In this document: in pieces, positions 1 through 9,686 of the stretch
Position numbering within the stretch: position 1 is the stretch's first letter
How the letters are laid out: each line of letters starts with the position of its first letter
Origin: Prolixibacteraceae bacterium
GTDB taxonomy: Bacteria > Bacteroidota > Bacteroidia > Bacteroidales > Prolixibacteraceae
Direction: 5' to 3'
Length of the DNA stretch: 64,000 nt
NCBI GenBank assembly: GCA_029975525.1
Contig: JARKOX010000037.1
Coordinates: 15,909 to 79,908, forward strand
The notes under the pieces: model-generated
What the model was told of the DNA's origin: nothing
The model's database searches: none
What the model saw: only the letters and a program-made list of their open reading frames with translations
Position numbers and translations under genes: made by a program

Positions 1-1
1 G

Positions 2-2941
2 ATCCGCGAAGGGCTGGTGATGTCGCTGACCAACTATATCGGGTCGCTCCATTCCAATATTCTGATAGAAACTCCCGATCACTGCAAGCTGATCAAATTT
101 GAAAGCCCCATCGTCACCAATACCGACCTGGGGAAAATCAAAGACCTCAAAGACGAGATGTTCAGTCACCAGACCATCCCGATGGTTTTTCCGGTGAAAC
201 AAGGTTTCGAAGGGTTCAAAAATGCTTTTGAAAATCTGCTGGTGCAGGCAGAAAAGGTGGTCGACGAGCGTAAAAACTACATCATTCTTACCGACCGACC
301 GGTTTCAGAGGAGTATGCCCCCATCCCGTCGTTGCTGGCTGTGGCGGCGGTCCACCACCACCTGATCCAGACCCAAAAACGGATGCAGGTGGGCATTCTG
401 GTCGAAACGGCCGATGCCCGCGAAGTGAACCACTTTGCCCTGCTGCTGGGGTATGGCGCCAGTGTGATCAATCCCTACCTGGCTTTTGCGGCGATCGACC
501 ATCTGGTGCAGCAGGGAAAAATCGGGCTGGAATACAAGGAAGCCCGCAAAAATTATATCAAATCGATAGACAAAGGGCTGCTCAAAGTCTTTTCAAAGAT
601 GGGGATCTCCACCTTGCGCAGCTACCACGGAGCGCAGATTTTTGAGGCGGTGGGCGTCAGCCGCCAGCTGATCGATAAATATTTTGCCGGAACGGCTTCG
701 CGGATCGACGGGATCGGATTGGAAGAGATCTATCGCGAGGTGATGATGTTTTACGAAAGCGGATATCCGGCCGCCAAAGCAGCTGAGCCATTCCGGTTCG
801 AGAGCGCAGGCCACTATGCCTGGCGGAAATATGGCGAGCATCATGCCTGGAATCCGGAAACCATCGGTCTGCTGCAGTGGTCGACCCGCACCAACGATTA
901 CAGCAAATACAAGGAGTTCAGCGCGCTGGTCGACCGGGAGAATGCACGTCCGGCCTTTATCCGCGGATGTTTCCGGATAAAGAAAAATCCCATTCCGGTT
1001 GACGAGGTGGAGCCGGTGGAAAATATTATGAAACGGTTTGTCACCGGCGCCATGTCATACGGCTCCATCAGCAAAGAGGCACACGAGGCGCTGGCCGTTA
1101 CGATGAACACCATTGGCGGGCGCAGCAATACCGGCGAAGGGGGCGAAGATCCCGCCCGCTTCGGCACCATCCGGCAGAGCGCTATCAAACAGGTGGCCTC
1201 CGGGCGGTTTGGCGTGACCAACAACTACCTCACACACGCCACCGAACTGCAGATCAAAATCGCCCAGGGTGCCAAGCCCGGCGAAGGCGGACAGCTGCCC
1301 GGCTTCAAGGTGAATGAAATTATTGCCAAAACGCGCAATTCCACCCCGGGGATTACGCTGATTTCGCCGCCGCCGCACCACGATATTTATTCTATCGAAG
1401 ACCTGGCCCAGCTGATTTACGACCTGAAGTGCACCAACCCGCGGGCGAAAGTATCGGTGAAACTGGTTGCCGAAGATGGCGTGGGAACCATCGCAGCGGG
1501 CGTTGCCAAGGCCTATTCCGACCTGATTATCATTTCGGGCGGCGAAGGCGGCACCGGCGCCAGTCCGGCAAGCTCTATCAAACATGCCGGGTTGCCGGCC
1601 GAGTTTGGCATTGCCGAAGCCCAGCAGACGCTGGTCATGAATAACCTGCGTGGAAGGGTGAAGCTGCAGGTTGACGGCCAGCTGAAAACCGGGCGCGACA
1701 TCGTGATCATGGGCTGCCTGGGCGGCGAAGAGTTTGGCTTTTCGACCGCGGCGCTGATTGTGCTCGGCTGTGTGATGATGCGCAAATGCCACCTCAACAC
1801 CTGTCCGGCCGGTATTGCTACCCAAAATCCTGAGCTTCGCAAGCGATTCATCGGCAAATCGGAATATGTGATCAACTATTTCCGTTTTGTCGCCCGGGAG
1901 ATCAGGGAATATCTGGCCGAAATGGGGGCCACCCGGTTCGATGAGATCGTCGGGCGGACCGACCTGCTCGAAGTTGATCCCAACGTGATGAACTGGAAGA
2001 TGAAAAACGTTGATTTTTCGCGCATCCTTTTCCTGCCCGCGGAAGCCCAAAAATATGACATCCGCAACACCTTTCCGAATATCAAATCAATAGAGGAGCA
2101 TCTGGATCATCAGCTGATTAAAGAGGCCGGCAAGGCGATCAAAGGGCAGGAGAAAGTCTGGATTTCGCACGAAATCGGGAATGTCGACCGCACCATCGGG
2201 GCGATGCTTTCGGGAGAAATATCGCTCCGTTACGGCGAAAAGGGGCTTCCGGAAGATACCATCAACTGCACCTTCCGGGGAACTGCCGGACAGAGTTTCG
2301 GCGCTTTCCTGGTGAAAGGGGTAACCTTCAGGCTGGAGGGCGACGCGAACGATTATATCGGGAAAGGACTTTCCGGAGGGAAAATTATGGTGGTGCCGCC
2401 CCCGGGAGCCACTTTTAAACCCGAGGAGAACATCATCGTGGGAAACACTTCGCTTTACGGGGCTACCAGTGGCGAAGCCTACATCCGCGGGGTGGCCGGC
2501 GAACGTTTTTGCGTGCGTAACTCGGGCGCCAAAGCGGTGATCGAAGGTACCGGCGACCACTGCTGCGAATACATGACCGGCGGCCGCGTGGTGGTGCTGG
2601 GCAAAACCGGACGTAACTTCGCCGCCGGGATGAGCGGTGGGATTGCCTATGTGCTCAACAGCGACGGCGATTTTGACTATTTCTGCAACAAAGGGCTGGT
2701 TGACCTGGTCCCCGTTGAAAATATCGCCGATATCCGGGAGCTGCAAACGCTCATCAGTAACCACCTGCTCTACACCCAGAGTTCGCTGGCCGCTTCCATT
2801 CTGACCAACTGGGAAGAGTATCTGCCCCGCTTCGTGAAAGTGATTCCGTTTGAATACAAAAAAGTTCTTGAAGAACAGAAGCTGAAAGAGCTGGAACAGA
2901 AACTTCAGCTTACGGAAGACGATCCGCGGCGGCACGAATAA
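2..2941 (+). CDS. gltB: Glutamate synthase large subunit, C-terminal about 975 aa (5' end cut by window edge)
   Basis: The frame is open from base 2, so the Met at 17 is internal. FMN/Fe-S domain motifs 'GEGGEDP', 'KIAQGAKPGEGGQLPG', 'ISGGEGGTGASP', 'CHLNTCPAGIATQ'. C-terminal GXGXG domain 'GDHCCEYMTGG'. Followed by gltD. Confidence 0.95.
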   Translation: MREGLVMSLTNYIGSLHSNILIETPDHCKLIKFESPIVTNTDLGKIKDLKDEMFSHQTIPMVFPVKQGFEGFKNAFENLLVQAEKVVDERKNYIILTDRPVSEEYAPIPSLLAVAAVHHHLIQTQKRMQVGILVETADAREVNHFALLLGYGASVINPYLAFAAIDHLVQQGKIGLEYKEARKNYIKSIDKGLLKVFSKMGISTLRSYHGAQIFEAVGVSRQLIDKYFAGTASRIDGIGLEEIYREVMMFYESGYPAAKAAEPFRFESAGHYAWRKYGEHHAWNPETIGLLQWSTRTNDYSKYKEFSALVDRENARPAFIRGCFRIKKNPIPVDEVEPVENIMKRFVTGAMSYGSISKEAHEALAVTMNTIGGRSNTGEGGEDPARFGTIRQSAIKQVASGRFGVTNNYLTHATELQIKIAQGAKPGEGGQLPGFKVNEIIAKTRNSTPGITLISPPPHHDIYSIEDLAQLIYDLKCTNPRAKVSVKLVAEDGVGTIAAGVAKAYSDLIIISGGEGGTGASPASSIKHAGLPAEFGIAEAQQTLVMNNLRGRVKLQVDGQLKTGRDIVIMGCLGGEEFGFSTAALIVLGCVMMRKCHLNTCPAGIATQNPELRKRFIGKSEYVINYFRFVAREIREYLAEMGATRFDEIVGRTDLLEVDPNVMNWKMKNVDFSRILFLPAEAQKYDIRNTFPNIKSIEEHLDHQLIKEAGKAIKGQEKVWISHEIGNVDRTIGAMLSGEISLRYGEKGLPEDTINCTFRGTAGQSFGAFLVKGVTFRLEGDANDYIGKGLSGGKIMVVPPPGATFKPEENIIVGNTSLYGATSGEAYIRGVAGERFCVRNSGAKAVIEGTGDHCCEYMTGGRVVVLGKTGRNFAAGMSGGIAYVLNSDGDFDYFCNKGLVDLVPVENIADIRELQTLISNHLLYTQSSLAASILTNWEEYLPRFVKVIPFEYKKVLEEQKLKELEQKLQLTEDDPRRHE

Positions 2942-2985
2942 ATGAAAATAACAGGGGATTGAACGAATATTAAAGGCTGAAAAAA

Positions 2986-4410
2986 ATGGGAGATCCGAAA
3001 GGTTTTATGACTATCGCCCGCAAGGAGGGGGGATACCGTCCGGTTAACGAACGCATTTTTGACTTTGGAGAGGTTGAACAAACGCTGAATGAAGAGGACC
3101 GCAAATTACAGGCTGCCCGATGTATGGATTGCGGGGTGCCGTTTTGTCATTGGGGATGCCCGGTAGGGAGTAAAATCCCGGAATGGCAGGATGCGCTCTT
3201 CCGCGGCCGCCCCGACGAAGCCTATTTGATCCTGCACTCAACCAACAGTTTCCCGGAGATTACGGGCCGCATCTGTCCGGCGCCCTGCGAAAAGTCGTGT
3301 GTGCTGGCTATCCACGAGGAGGCGGTTACCATTCGCGAAAATGAGTCTTCAACCGTTGAAAAGGCATTTGACCTGGGGATTGTTAAACCGCGCCTGCCCA
3401 AAATCCGGACCGGCAAAAAGGTGGCGGTTATCGGCTCGGGGCCGGCCGGGCTGTCGGCTGCCGATCTGCTGAACCAGGCTGGCCACCAGGTGACCGTTTT
3501 TGAAAAAAATGATGCGCCGGGCGGCTTGCTGCGTTACGGGATTCCCGACTTCAAGCTGAATAAAGGTGTGATCGACCGCCGGTTGGGGATTTTTGTTGAG
3601 GAGGGAGTTGTGTTTCGCACCGGCGTAACGGTTGGCCTTGATATTTCAAAAGAAGCACTGCTGGAAGAATTTGACGCCGTGGTGCTGGCTACCGGAGCTG
3701 AGCAGCCCCGCGACCTGCCGGTGGAGGGCCGCAACCTGAAAGGGGTCTACTGGGCCATGGAATATCTGACGCAGCAGAATAAGATAGTTGCCGGCCAGCA
3801 AATTCCCGATGAGGAGCGGATGCTGGCAAAAGGGAAAAAAGTGCTGGTGATTGGCGGTGGCGATACCGGCTCCGACTGTGTGGGCACGGCCATCCGCCAG
3901 CGTGCCGAAAAAGTGATCCAGATCGAAATCCTGCCCCGGCCCGCCGACCAACGCGGGGAAAATAATCCGTGGCCCTACTGGCCCAATGTGTTGCGCACCT
4001 CCAGCTCGCACCTCGAAGGGTGTGAGCGCCGCTGGAGCCTCTCCACCAAACGGCTGACCGGCGAAAACGGCGAACTCCGCCAGGCCGAAGTTGTGCAGGT
4101 GGAGTGGCGGAAAGATCCAGAGGGGAACTGGCTGATGGAAGAGATCCCCGGAACCGGTGAGGTGATCGAGGTCGACATGGTTTTGCTGTCGCTGGGATTT
4201 ACCCGGCCGGTGCACGCCGGCCTGCTCGATGCGCTGGGAGTGGAGTACGACGCCCGCGGAAATGTGAAGGTAAACGCCCGGAAGCAGACCTCGGTCGATA
4301 AGATTTTTGCCGCCGGCGATATCGAAAAAGGTGCCAGCCTGGTTGTTCATGCCATTCAGGCCGGAAGGGTCGCAGCCGCCGGCGTCGACGCTTTCCTGCG
4401 GGAGAAGTAG
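2986..4410 (+). CDS. gltD: Glutamate synthase small subunit (NADPH-dependent oxidoreductase)
   Basis: 'CMDCGVPFCHWGCP' Fe-S motif. Two dinucleotide folds, 'VAVIGSGPAGLSAA' and 'VLVIGGGDTGSDC'. Lies 44 nt downstream of gltB. Confidence 0.93.
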   Translation: MGDPKGFMTIARKEGGYRPVNERIFDFGEVEQTLNEEDRKLQAARCMDCGVPFCHWGCPVGSKIPEWQDALFRGRPDEAYLILHSTNSFPEITGRICPAPCEKSCVLAIHEEAVTIRENESSTVEKAFDLGIVKPRLPKIRTGKKVAVIGSGPAGLSAADLLNQAGHQVTVFEKNDAPGGLLRYGIPDFKLNKGVIDRRLGIFVEEGVVFRTGVTVGLDISKEALLEEFDAVVLATGAEQPRDLPVEGRNLKGVYWAMEYLTQQNKIVAGQQIPDEERMLAKGKKVLVIGGGDTGSDCVGTAIRQRAEKVIQIEILPRPADQRGENNPWPYWPNVLRTSSSHLEGCERRWSLSTKRLTGENGELRQAEVVQVEWRKDPEGNWLMEEIPGTGEVIEVDMVLLSLGFTRPVHAGLLDALGVEYDARGNVKVNARKQTSVDKIFAAGDIEKGASLVVHAIQAGRVAAAGVDAFLREK

Positions 4411-4612
4411 CCGCGCCTGCCGTGAAGAGGAAAAACTTTTGCCGGTGTGTAATTTTGATGATACAACTTTCAGGGAGGTTGCCAGATTAGTCAATTTTTT
4501 TTAGCGCAACATTTTCTTGATCAAACCGAAACCATTTCAGCAACCTCTTTTTGGGGAAAAGCGTCGAAGGTTACGTTCATTTCCCTAATTTTATCCGGAA
4601 TAAAACCAACTT

Positions 4613-5500
4613 ATGAAAAATATTCCGGTTATCTCTGTCTTCGGCCGTTCGTTGGCCGAAACCTACGAAAAAGCGCTGGTCGCCCTGTACAACCAGGGGA
4701 CACGGTTTAAAACCCAGTACGACAAGCCCGGCGACCCGTTGAGCATCGACTGCACCATGAATCTGACCATCCTGGAGCCTGAAGCCGACCCGGTGATTCA
4801 CCTGGCCTTTCCGGGAGGCATCGACGACCTGAAGGAATATGTGCTTGAGCTGCAGGGGTTGAAGGACCACTGGGTGAAAAATATGAACGACCCCTCCGAC
4901 ACACGCTGGGAATATACCTATCACGGACGGCTGAAGAATTACGGGGTGTGGCGCGAACGGCAAAACGGGACGTCGGTTGAGGCCGGCCCGTTTAAAGTGG
5001 ACCAGATCGAAAAGGTGATTGCCAAACTGTCGGCGCAGCCGTTTACCCGCCAGGCGCAGATGATCACCTGGATGCCCGCCATCGACAACGACTGCTACGA
5101 CCCGCCCTGCCTGCAATCGCTCTGGTACCGCATCCTCGAAGATGAAGAGGGTATTTACTGGCTCAACTGTAACATCCGTTTTCGCAGCAACGACGCCTGG
5201 GGAGCCAGTTTTATGAATATGTTCGGATTTATTCAGTTTAACCGCGAGGTGATTGCCGCCGGAGTTTCGGCCCGCACCGGCCGGACGGTGAAGCTGGGGC
5301 GGCTCAACTGGCAGGCCGACTCTTACCACATCTACGGAAAAGATATCCAGGCTGCCCGGGAGCGGCTCTTCGACCGCCTCGACGAACTGTCGCTGGAAGA
5401 GCGGACGATGAATTTCAACGACCCGTTTATCCGCGACATGTATGAAAGTGCCGGGCCGGTCATCCTCCGGAAGATTGAGCAGCACGACAGCCGGCGCTGA
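4613..5500 (+). CDS. Thymidylate synthase-family protein, divergent (archaeal-like)
   Basis: Collinear with ThyA core motifs. 'DQIEKVIAKLSAQPFTRQAQMITW' matches ThyA 'DQI..V...L...P.SRR.I.SAW'. 'DPPCLQS' sits at the catalytic Cys position. 'FRSNDAWGASFMNM' matches 'QRSxD..LG.PFNI'. 'ADSYHIYG' matches 'GDxHxY'. Confidence 0.6.
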   Translation: MKNIPVISVFGRSLAETYEKALVALYNQGTRFKTQYDKPGDPLSIDCTMNLTILEPEADPVIHLAFPGGIDDLKEYVLELQGLKDHWVKNMNDPSDTRWEYTYHGRLKNYGVWRERQNGTSVEAGPFKVDQIEKVIAKLSAQPFTRQAQMITWMPAIDNDCYDPPCLQSLWYRILEDEEGIYWLNCNIRFRSNDAWGASFMNMFGFIQFNREVIAAGVSARTGRTVKLGRLNWQADSYHIYGKDIQAARERLFDRLDELSLEERTMNFNDPFIRDMYESAGPVILRKIEQHDSRR

Positions 5501-5762
5501 GAAAAGATCCCCGCTGGAGAAAGCGTTTGGGGCAATTGCGGAATGCTCCCCGGCTCAGTTTGATGTTTTTCTTTAAAAAGGAAGAGCCGGTCTGCTTGAA
5601 GCCAGAGCGTACCAACGGAGTGTGGACGCTGAACAGGCCTGTCGGATATCAAACATAAATCCTTGCTGTTCATATTGGTTCATAAATAAACCGGGCGGTC
5701 GTCTTGTAAAAGGGTTTAAATCAGGACTTTTTTCCTTACTTTTAAAGGAAATCAGCCAGCCG

Positions 5763-6179
5763 ATGGGTTATGCCTATTCCTATAAATGCAGCCGTTGCAG
5801 CTACGAAGAGTACTTCAAGCAGGGATACGGTTTTCAGGTGCGGCCGCAGTCGTTTGACGACTACATGGGGGCCAACCGCAAGCTTTTTCACTACAAGATT
5901 CACGATAAAATTATTTCGTTGTCGAAAGTTCATCCCGACCTGCAGATTGAAGCGGCTTTCCAGGTTTACAAGTGTCCGCGCTGTAACCGACTGCACAACA
6001 AGATACAGGTAAGTCTGGTTTCCGGCGAAGGTAAAAACCACGATGCCGAGTTTCGATGCACCGGCTGCCACACCCGGCTGCGGCTCACCAATATCCACCG
6101 GTTACGGCGGGCTGCCTGTCCTGCCTGCGGTGGACAGACCTTCCACCGGGAGGCTCTTCGCGATGTGTTGTGGGGCTGA
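5763..6179 (+). CDS. Hypothetical Cys-rich protein with four CxxC pairs (two predicted zinc ribbons)
   Basis: ORF-track ORF 5622..6179. The internal ATG at 5763 (MGYAYSYKCSRC...) is preferred as start. Motifs CSRC, CPRC, CTGC, CPAC. No family recognised. Confidence 0.5.
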   Translation: MGYAYSYKCSRCSYEEYFKQGYGFQVRPQSFDDYMGANRKLFHYKIHDKIISLSKVHPDLQIEAAFQVYKCPRCNRLHNKIQVSLVSGEGKNHDAEFRCTGCHTRLRLTNIHRLRRAACPACGGQTFHREALRDVLWG

Positions 6180-6213
6180 TTTTTCCCCGGGCGATTCGTT
6201 TCAGCAGAAGAAA

Positions 6214-7584
6214 TTACACAAAAAGACTGGCCAGCAGGGTGAAGCCCAGTCCGCAAAAAGCGATGATCGTCTCCATGACCGTCCAGCTCTGAAGTGTCTG
6301 CTTTTCATTCATGCCCAGGTATTTTCCAACCAGCCAGAATCCGCTGTCGTTGACATGCGAGAGCAGGGTAGCGCCCGAAGCGATGGCGATCACCACCAGG
6401 GCGCTTTCAGGCATGGTAAGGTTGAGTTCCGGCATGACCGGGGCAATGATGCCGGCGGCAGTGATCATGGCAACGGTGGCCGAACCCTGGGTGACCCGCA
6501 CCACGGCTGCCAGCACCCACGCCAGCAGGATGGGCGACATGGAGGATCCGGCAATTGATTCGGCCATCATTTTGCCGATGCCGCTGTCTACCAGGATCTG
6601 CTTCAGCACACCGCCGGCGCCGGTGATCAGGATGATGATTCCGGCCGGTCCCAGCGCTTTGGTGCTCAGTTCAAGGATACGCTGGCGCGGCATTCCGCGG
6701 CGCAGGCACAGGAAGTAGATGGCAACCAGCGTGGCAATGATGAGCGCGGTGAACGGGTGCCCGCAAAACTCCAGGATGTCGGTAAACAGGGAGGCAGCCA
6801 GCACTTTTTTATCCACCAGCACGCCGGTGAGGGTGTTCAGCAATATCAGCAACAGCGGTATGCTGATGATCAGGAAAATGGAGCGGAAGGAGGGGAGCGC
6901 CTGCTTTTTCTCCGGATCGCCTTCTGCCGCGATGGCAAAAAACTCAGCCGGCGGGAGAAGATTGATTTTTTGGGAAATGTAGCGGCCCCAGAACGGCCCG
7001 GCAATAATGGCGGTCGGCAATCCGAGGATGACGCCGAAGAAAATCACCCACCCCAGGTCAACCTTGATGATGTCGGCCACAGCTACCGGCCCGGGTGTGG
7101 GCGGAACGAAACTATGGGTAACCGCCAGTCCTGCCAGCAGCGGAATCCCGTAATAGAGCAGCGACCGTTTGGTGTCGCGCGCAAGGGCATATACAATCGG
7201 CACCAGGATGATAAAACCCACATCCAGAAAGATCGGGATGCCCACCATAAAACCGGTGAGGACCATGGCCCAGGAGGCCTTCTCTTTTCCGAATTTTTTG
7301 ACCAGGTATCGCGCCATCGACTCCGCCCCACCCGAACTCTCGAGCATTTCGCCGAAAATGGCGCCCAGCCCCACCACCGTTGCCACAAAGCCCAGCGTGC
7401 CGCCCATCCCCTCCTGGATGCTTTTCAGGATGTTGCCCAGCGGCATTCCCGACAGGATCCCAACATAAATGGCAGTGATGAGCAGGGAGATGAAGGCGTT
7501 GATTTTCAGCTTCAGCACCATGAATAAAAGCAGGGCCACGGTTGAGGCCACCAAAAACAGGATGAAAGGTACCGACATGATCAT
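6214..7584 (-). CDS. GntP-family (gluconate/organic acid:H+) permease
   Basis: 456 aa polytopic membrane protein. The N-terminal pattern 'LLITAIYVGILSGMP...IQEGMGGTLGFVATVVGLGAIFGEMLE' and 'HSFVPPTPGP' are typical of GntP/GntT transporters. Confidence 0.85.
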   Translation of the reverse strand: MIMSVPFILFLVASTVALLLFMVLKLKINAFISLLITAIYVGILSGMPLGNILKSIQEGMGGTLGFVATVVGLGAIFGEMLESSGGAESMARYLVKKFGKEKASWAMVLTGFMVGIPIFLDVGFIILVPIVYALARDTKRSLLYYGIPLLAGLAVTHSFVPPTPGPVAVADIIKVDLGWVIFFGVILGLPTAIIAGPFWGRYISQKINLLPPAEFFAIAAEGDPEKKQALPSFRSIFLIISIPLLLILLNTLTGVLVDKKVLAASLFTDILEFCGHPFTALIIATLVAIYFLCLRRGMPRQRILELSTKALGPAGIIILITGAGGVLKQILVDSGIGKMMAESIAGSSMSPILLAWVLAAVVRVTQGSATVAMITAAGIIAPVMPELNLTMPESALVVIAIASGATLLSHVNDSGFWLVGKYLGMNEKQTLQSWTVMETIIAFCGLGFTLLASLFV

Positions 7585-7888
7585 TGGTTTAGTCTGTTCG
7601 TAAAAATAGCCGTTTCCCTTTTACAAACTACCCTCTCTGTAAAAAACAGCAGCGGTTTGGAAGGAGTGGGTTTTTGGCATGGCTTCTGGGCCGGTCGTAA
7701 CTAAAACCGAAATGAGGAAACCGCTTTTGCGGAAGTCAAAAGTTGATTTTATATTTTAAAGGCACTGGATTCAAAAAAGTGAATATATTTAGGTGAATTT
7801 AAAACCCGGGAAAAGCACCTGCAATATTTGTGTACAAGATGTTAAGTGCTACCCCACAAACAGGCCTATGGTAACTAAAAATAAACGT

Positions 7889-8542
7889 ATGAAAAAAATT
7901 ATTCTTTGCCTTTCTTTTTTCCTGATCATGGTTGTTGGCCGTGCAAAAGAAAAAAATAACGAATTTATTTATGTGAGCCTGAGCTATAATCATCTGGCTA
8001 CAAAAATGATGCACGACCCTTACGTGGAATATGCTTATGGCGGCGTTGATCTGATGAATGCCCTGCAGGGGGGCGGTTTGCAATTGGCCAAGCCGTTGCG
8101 GCATGAGAATTTACGGCTTTGCGTGGGCGGAATTTTGCTTTACGAAAGTTTTGGCTCCGATCTCAGGCCCAAAGAGCACACCACCAGGGGAGGCGGTTTG
8201 TATGGAGGGGTGCAGTTTATCCCGGTTATCGGAAGAATTGGGAATGGAGAAAAACCAGTGATTGTCAGGCTGAACAGCATGCTGGGAGTCGGTTTTTTTT
8301 CATTTGCCGAGACAAAAGTATTAATTGACAATGCCTATCCGGGATTGACTCCCCAATATGCGATTGATGAGAAAAATCGGTTATCCGGGCCGGGATCAAT
8401 TATGGAGTTCGGCCCAACCATCGAGAAAAAGAGATTGTCGCTTTCGGTTACCGGCAAAACATTAATTACCGGAGGCAATCAGCTGAATATTACAACCCTT
8501 GGAAGCTCTGTCTCCCTCTGCTATAAATTCAACCTTTTGTGA
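7889..8542 (+). CDS. Hypothetical secreted, beta-rich protein
   Basis: The internal ATG at 7889 gives the signal-peptide-like N-terminus 'MKKIILCLSFFLIMVVGRA'. The upstream part of ORF 7793..8542 looks non-coding. No family recognised. Confidence 0.5.
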   Translation: MKKIILCLSFFLIMVVGRAKEKNNEFIYVSLSYNHLATKMMHDPYVEYAYGGVDLMNALQGGGLQLAKPLRHENLRLCVGGILLYESFGSDLRPKEHTTRGGGLYGGVQFIPVIGRIGNGEKPVIVRLNSMLGVGFFSFAETKVLIDNAYPGLTPQYAIDEKNRLSGPGSIMEFGPTIEKKRLSLSVTGKTLITGGNQLNITTLGSSVSLCYKFNLL

Positions 8543-8692
8543 GAAAAAGGATTGGGATATTCTTGACCTTTTGCTGGCTGGGCATCTTGCGATTAAATCC
8601 GAAGGCCGCTTTTTTGATTAATAGCTGATCTTTTTCGCAAGCACCCCGAAGATACAGCGGGAAGGCAAAGACAATTTCCGGAAAAGATGAAT

Positions 8693-9571
8693 TTATCTGG
8701 AGCTTAACTTGGTGGTAACCCGGTTGCGGTACTGCCGGGGCGAAAGTCCCATTCTTTTGTTGAAGTCGCGGGTAAAATAGTAGGGGTCCGAATAACCCAG
8801 CCGGAAGCTGATCTCTTTGATCTTCAAAGAGGTGTAATCGAGGAATTCGCACGCTTTCAGAATTTTGAGATGCGAAAAGTAGCTGAGCGGCGGATATCCG
8901 GTGAGGTTGCTGAACAGCGTGGCAAAATAGGTGGGCGAGTAGCCGGCCACCTGCGACAGCTGCTTCAGGGTGAGTTTTTTGTCCAGGTTTTGTTCCAGAA
9001 ATCCGGTTACCCGTTTTACCATCAGGCTGGCCTCGTTGTCGGCTTCGTTCCCGGTTTTGTGGGCATACAGAAAGGTGGCCAGCAGGTGCCCGAAACAGAA
9101 GTGGATATACTCCAGGTTTTCGTTGTGAAACCCGCGCGACAGGTTGTTGAAAAGCTCGTCGAACAGCATGGCGCGGTTGGCCACCAGGTTGCTCACCGAA
9201 GGCAGCAGTTGGCGCACGACCGAAAAATTTTTGCTCAGCAGGTTGGTTTTGGCTCCCCTGAACCCCGCAACCAGCAGATGGCAGTCGCCGGTTTGATCTG
9301 CACAAAGCTGAAACTCCGACAGCTCGGGGACAACACAAAAATGATCGCCCGGGAGGGTGGTCCGCTCCCCCGAGATAAAGATCCGGGCTTTCCCTTTGGT
9401 GCAGTAGATCAGCAGATGAAAAGTGCAGGTTGCCGGAAATTCCCATTTTTCGCCGGCCGGAATAACCAACTCCCCGGTTTCGCAAAGGTAGAGGTCGCTG
9501 ACAACCGGGTTCTGCTGCTGCTCGTCAATAAGTGGTTCAGGAACTTGAAAATACCTGATTTTTCGGATCAT
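8693..9571 (-). CDS. AraC-family transcriptional regulator (cupin-type sensor domain plus C-terminal HTH)
   Basis: C-terminal 'LTLKQLSQVAGYSPTYFATLFSNLTGYPPLSYFSHLKILKACEFL...ISFRLGYSDPYYFTRDFNKRMGLSPRQYR' is a classic AraC double HTH. Divergent from the corrinoid operon. Confidence 0.9.
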   Translation of the reverse strand: MIRKIRYFQVPEPLIDEQQQNPVVSDLYLCETGELVIPAGEKWEFPATCTFHLLIYCTKGKARIFISGERTTLPGDHFCVVPELSEFQLCADQTGDCHLLVAGFRGAKTNLLSKNFSVVRQLLPSVSNLVANRAMLFDELFNNLSRGFHNENLEYIHFCFGHLLATFLYAHKTGNEADNEASLMVKRVTGFLEQNLDKKLTLKQLSQVAGYSPTYFATLFSNLTGYPPLSYFSHLKILKACEFLDYTSLKIKEISFRLGYSDPYYFTRDFNKRMGLSPRQYRNRVTTKLSSR

Positions 9572-9655
9572 AAAACTGGTTTTGGAAGAATAAAAAAAGT
9601 AATATTTTACATCTTTTTCAAAGAAAATACTATTTTTTCAACTGGACAGTTCCGA

Positions 9656-9663
9656 TACTTTTG
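9656..9663 (+). promoter_or_regulatory. Candidate Bacteroidota -7 promoter box (TACTTTTG) for the corrinoid operon
   Basis: Exact match to the TAnnTTTG consensus, 24 nt upstream of the ATG at 9687, within the 115-nt divergent intergenic region. Confidence 0.4.
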
Positions 9664-9686
9664 CTAAAAACCTAAATCAGAAGACC

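Noticed and set aside
1055-2050. Long antisense ORFs inside high-GC genes. Examples: 1055-2050(-), 2087-2935(-), 3646-4494(-), 4577-5485(-), 8529-9485(-), 8870-9667(+), 10336-11151(-), 12067-13119(-), 13249-14016(-), 31773-32360(+), 34468-35358(-), 36679-37866(-), 38683-39684(-), 45233-46120(+), 46959-47609(+), 49962-50651(+), 53396-54115(-), 54607-55392(+), 61511-62134(+).
   Set aside because: Each lies opposite or out of frame to a gene with unmistakable family motifs. Their translations are low-complexity and rich in Arg/Gly/Pro/Ala, with no family resemblance. This is typical of shadow ORFs in GC-rich coding DNA.
5622-5762. N-terminal extensions in the ORF track. Affected ORFs and their track starts: 5622 for the Zn-ribbon ORF, 7793, 13060, 34389 for the VOC protein, 38278, 41362 for Fur, 42208 for SOD2, 59824 ('MPWACCCCAM') for the PstS-like gene, 60890 for TonB, 62988 for ExbB, and 63793.
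   Set aside because: In each case an internal ATG yields a canonical N-terminus (signal peptide or family-typical start). The upstream stretch either overlaps promoter, operator or terminator elements or overlaps the preceding gene.
7651-7725. 8-bp inverted repeat AGCGGTTT / AAACCGCT with a loop of about 60 nt in the gntP upstream region.
   Set aside because: An 8-bp match with such a long loop is expected by chance in a 300-nt region. No riboswitch-like consensus was recognised.
9572-9686. Possible cobalamin riboswitch upstream of the corrinoid operon.
   Set aside because: The intergenic region is only 115 nt, is AT-rich, and contains no B12-box-like sequence. It is more consistent with a plain promoter shared with the AraC gene.
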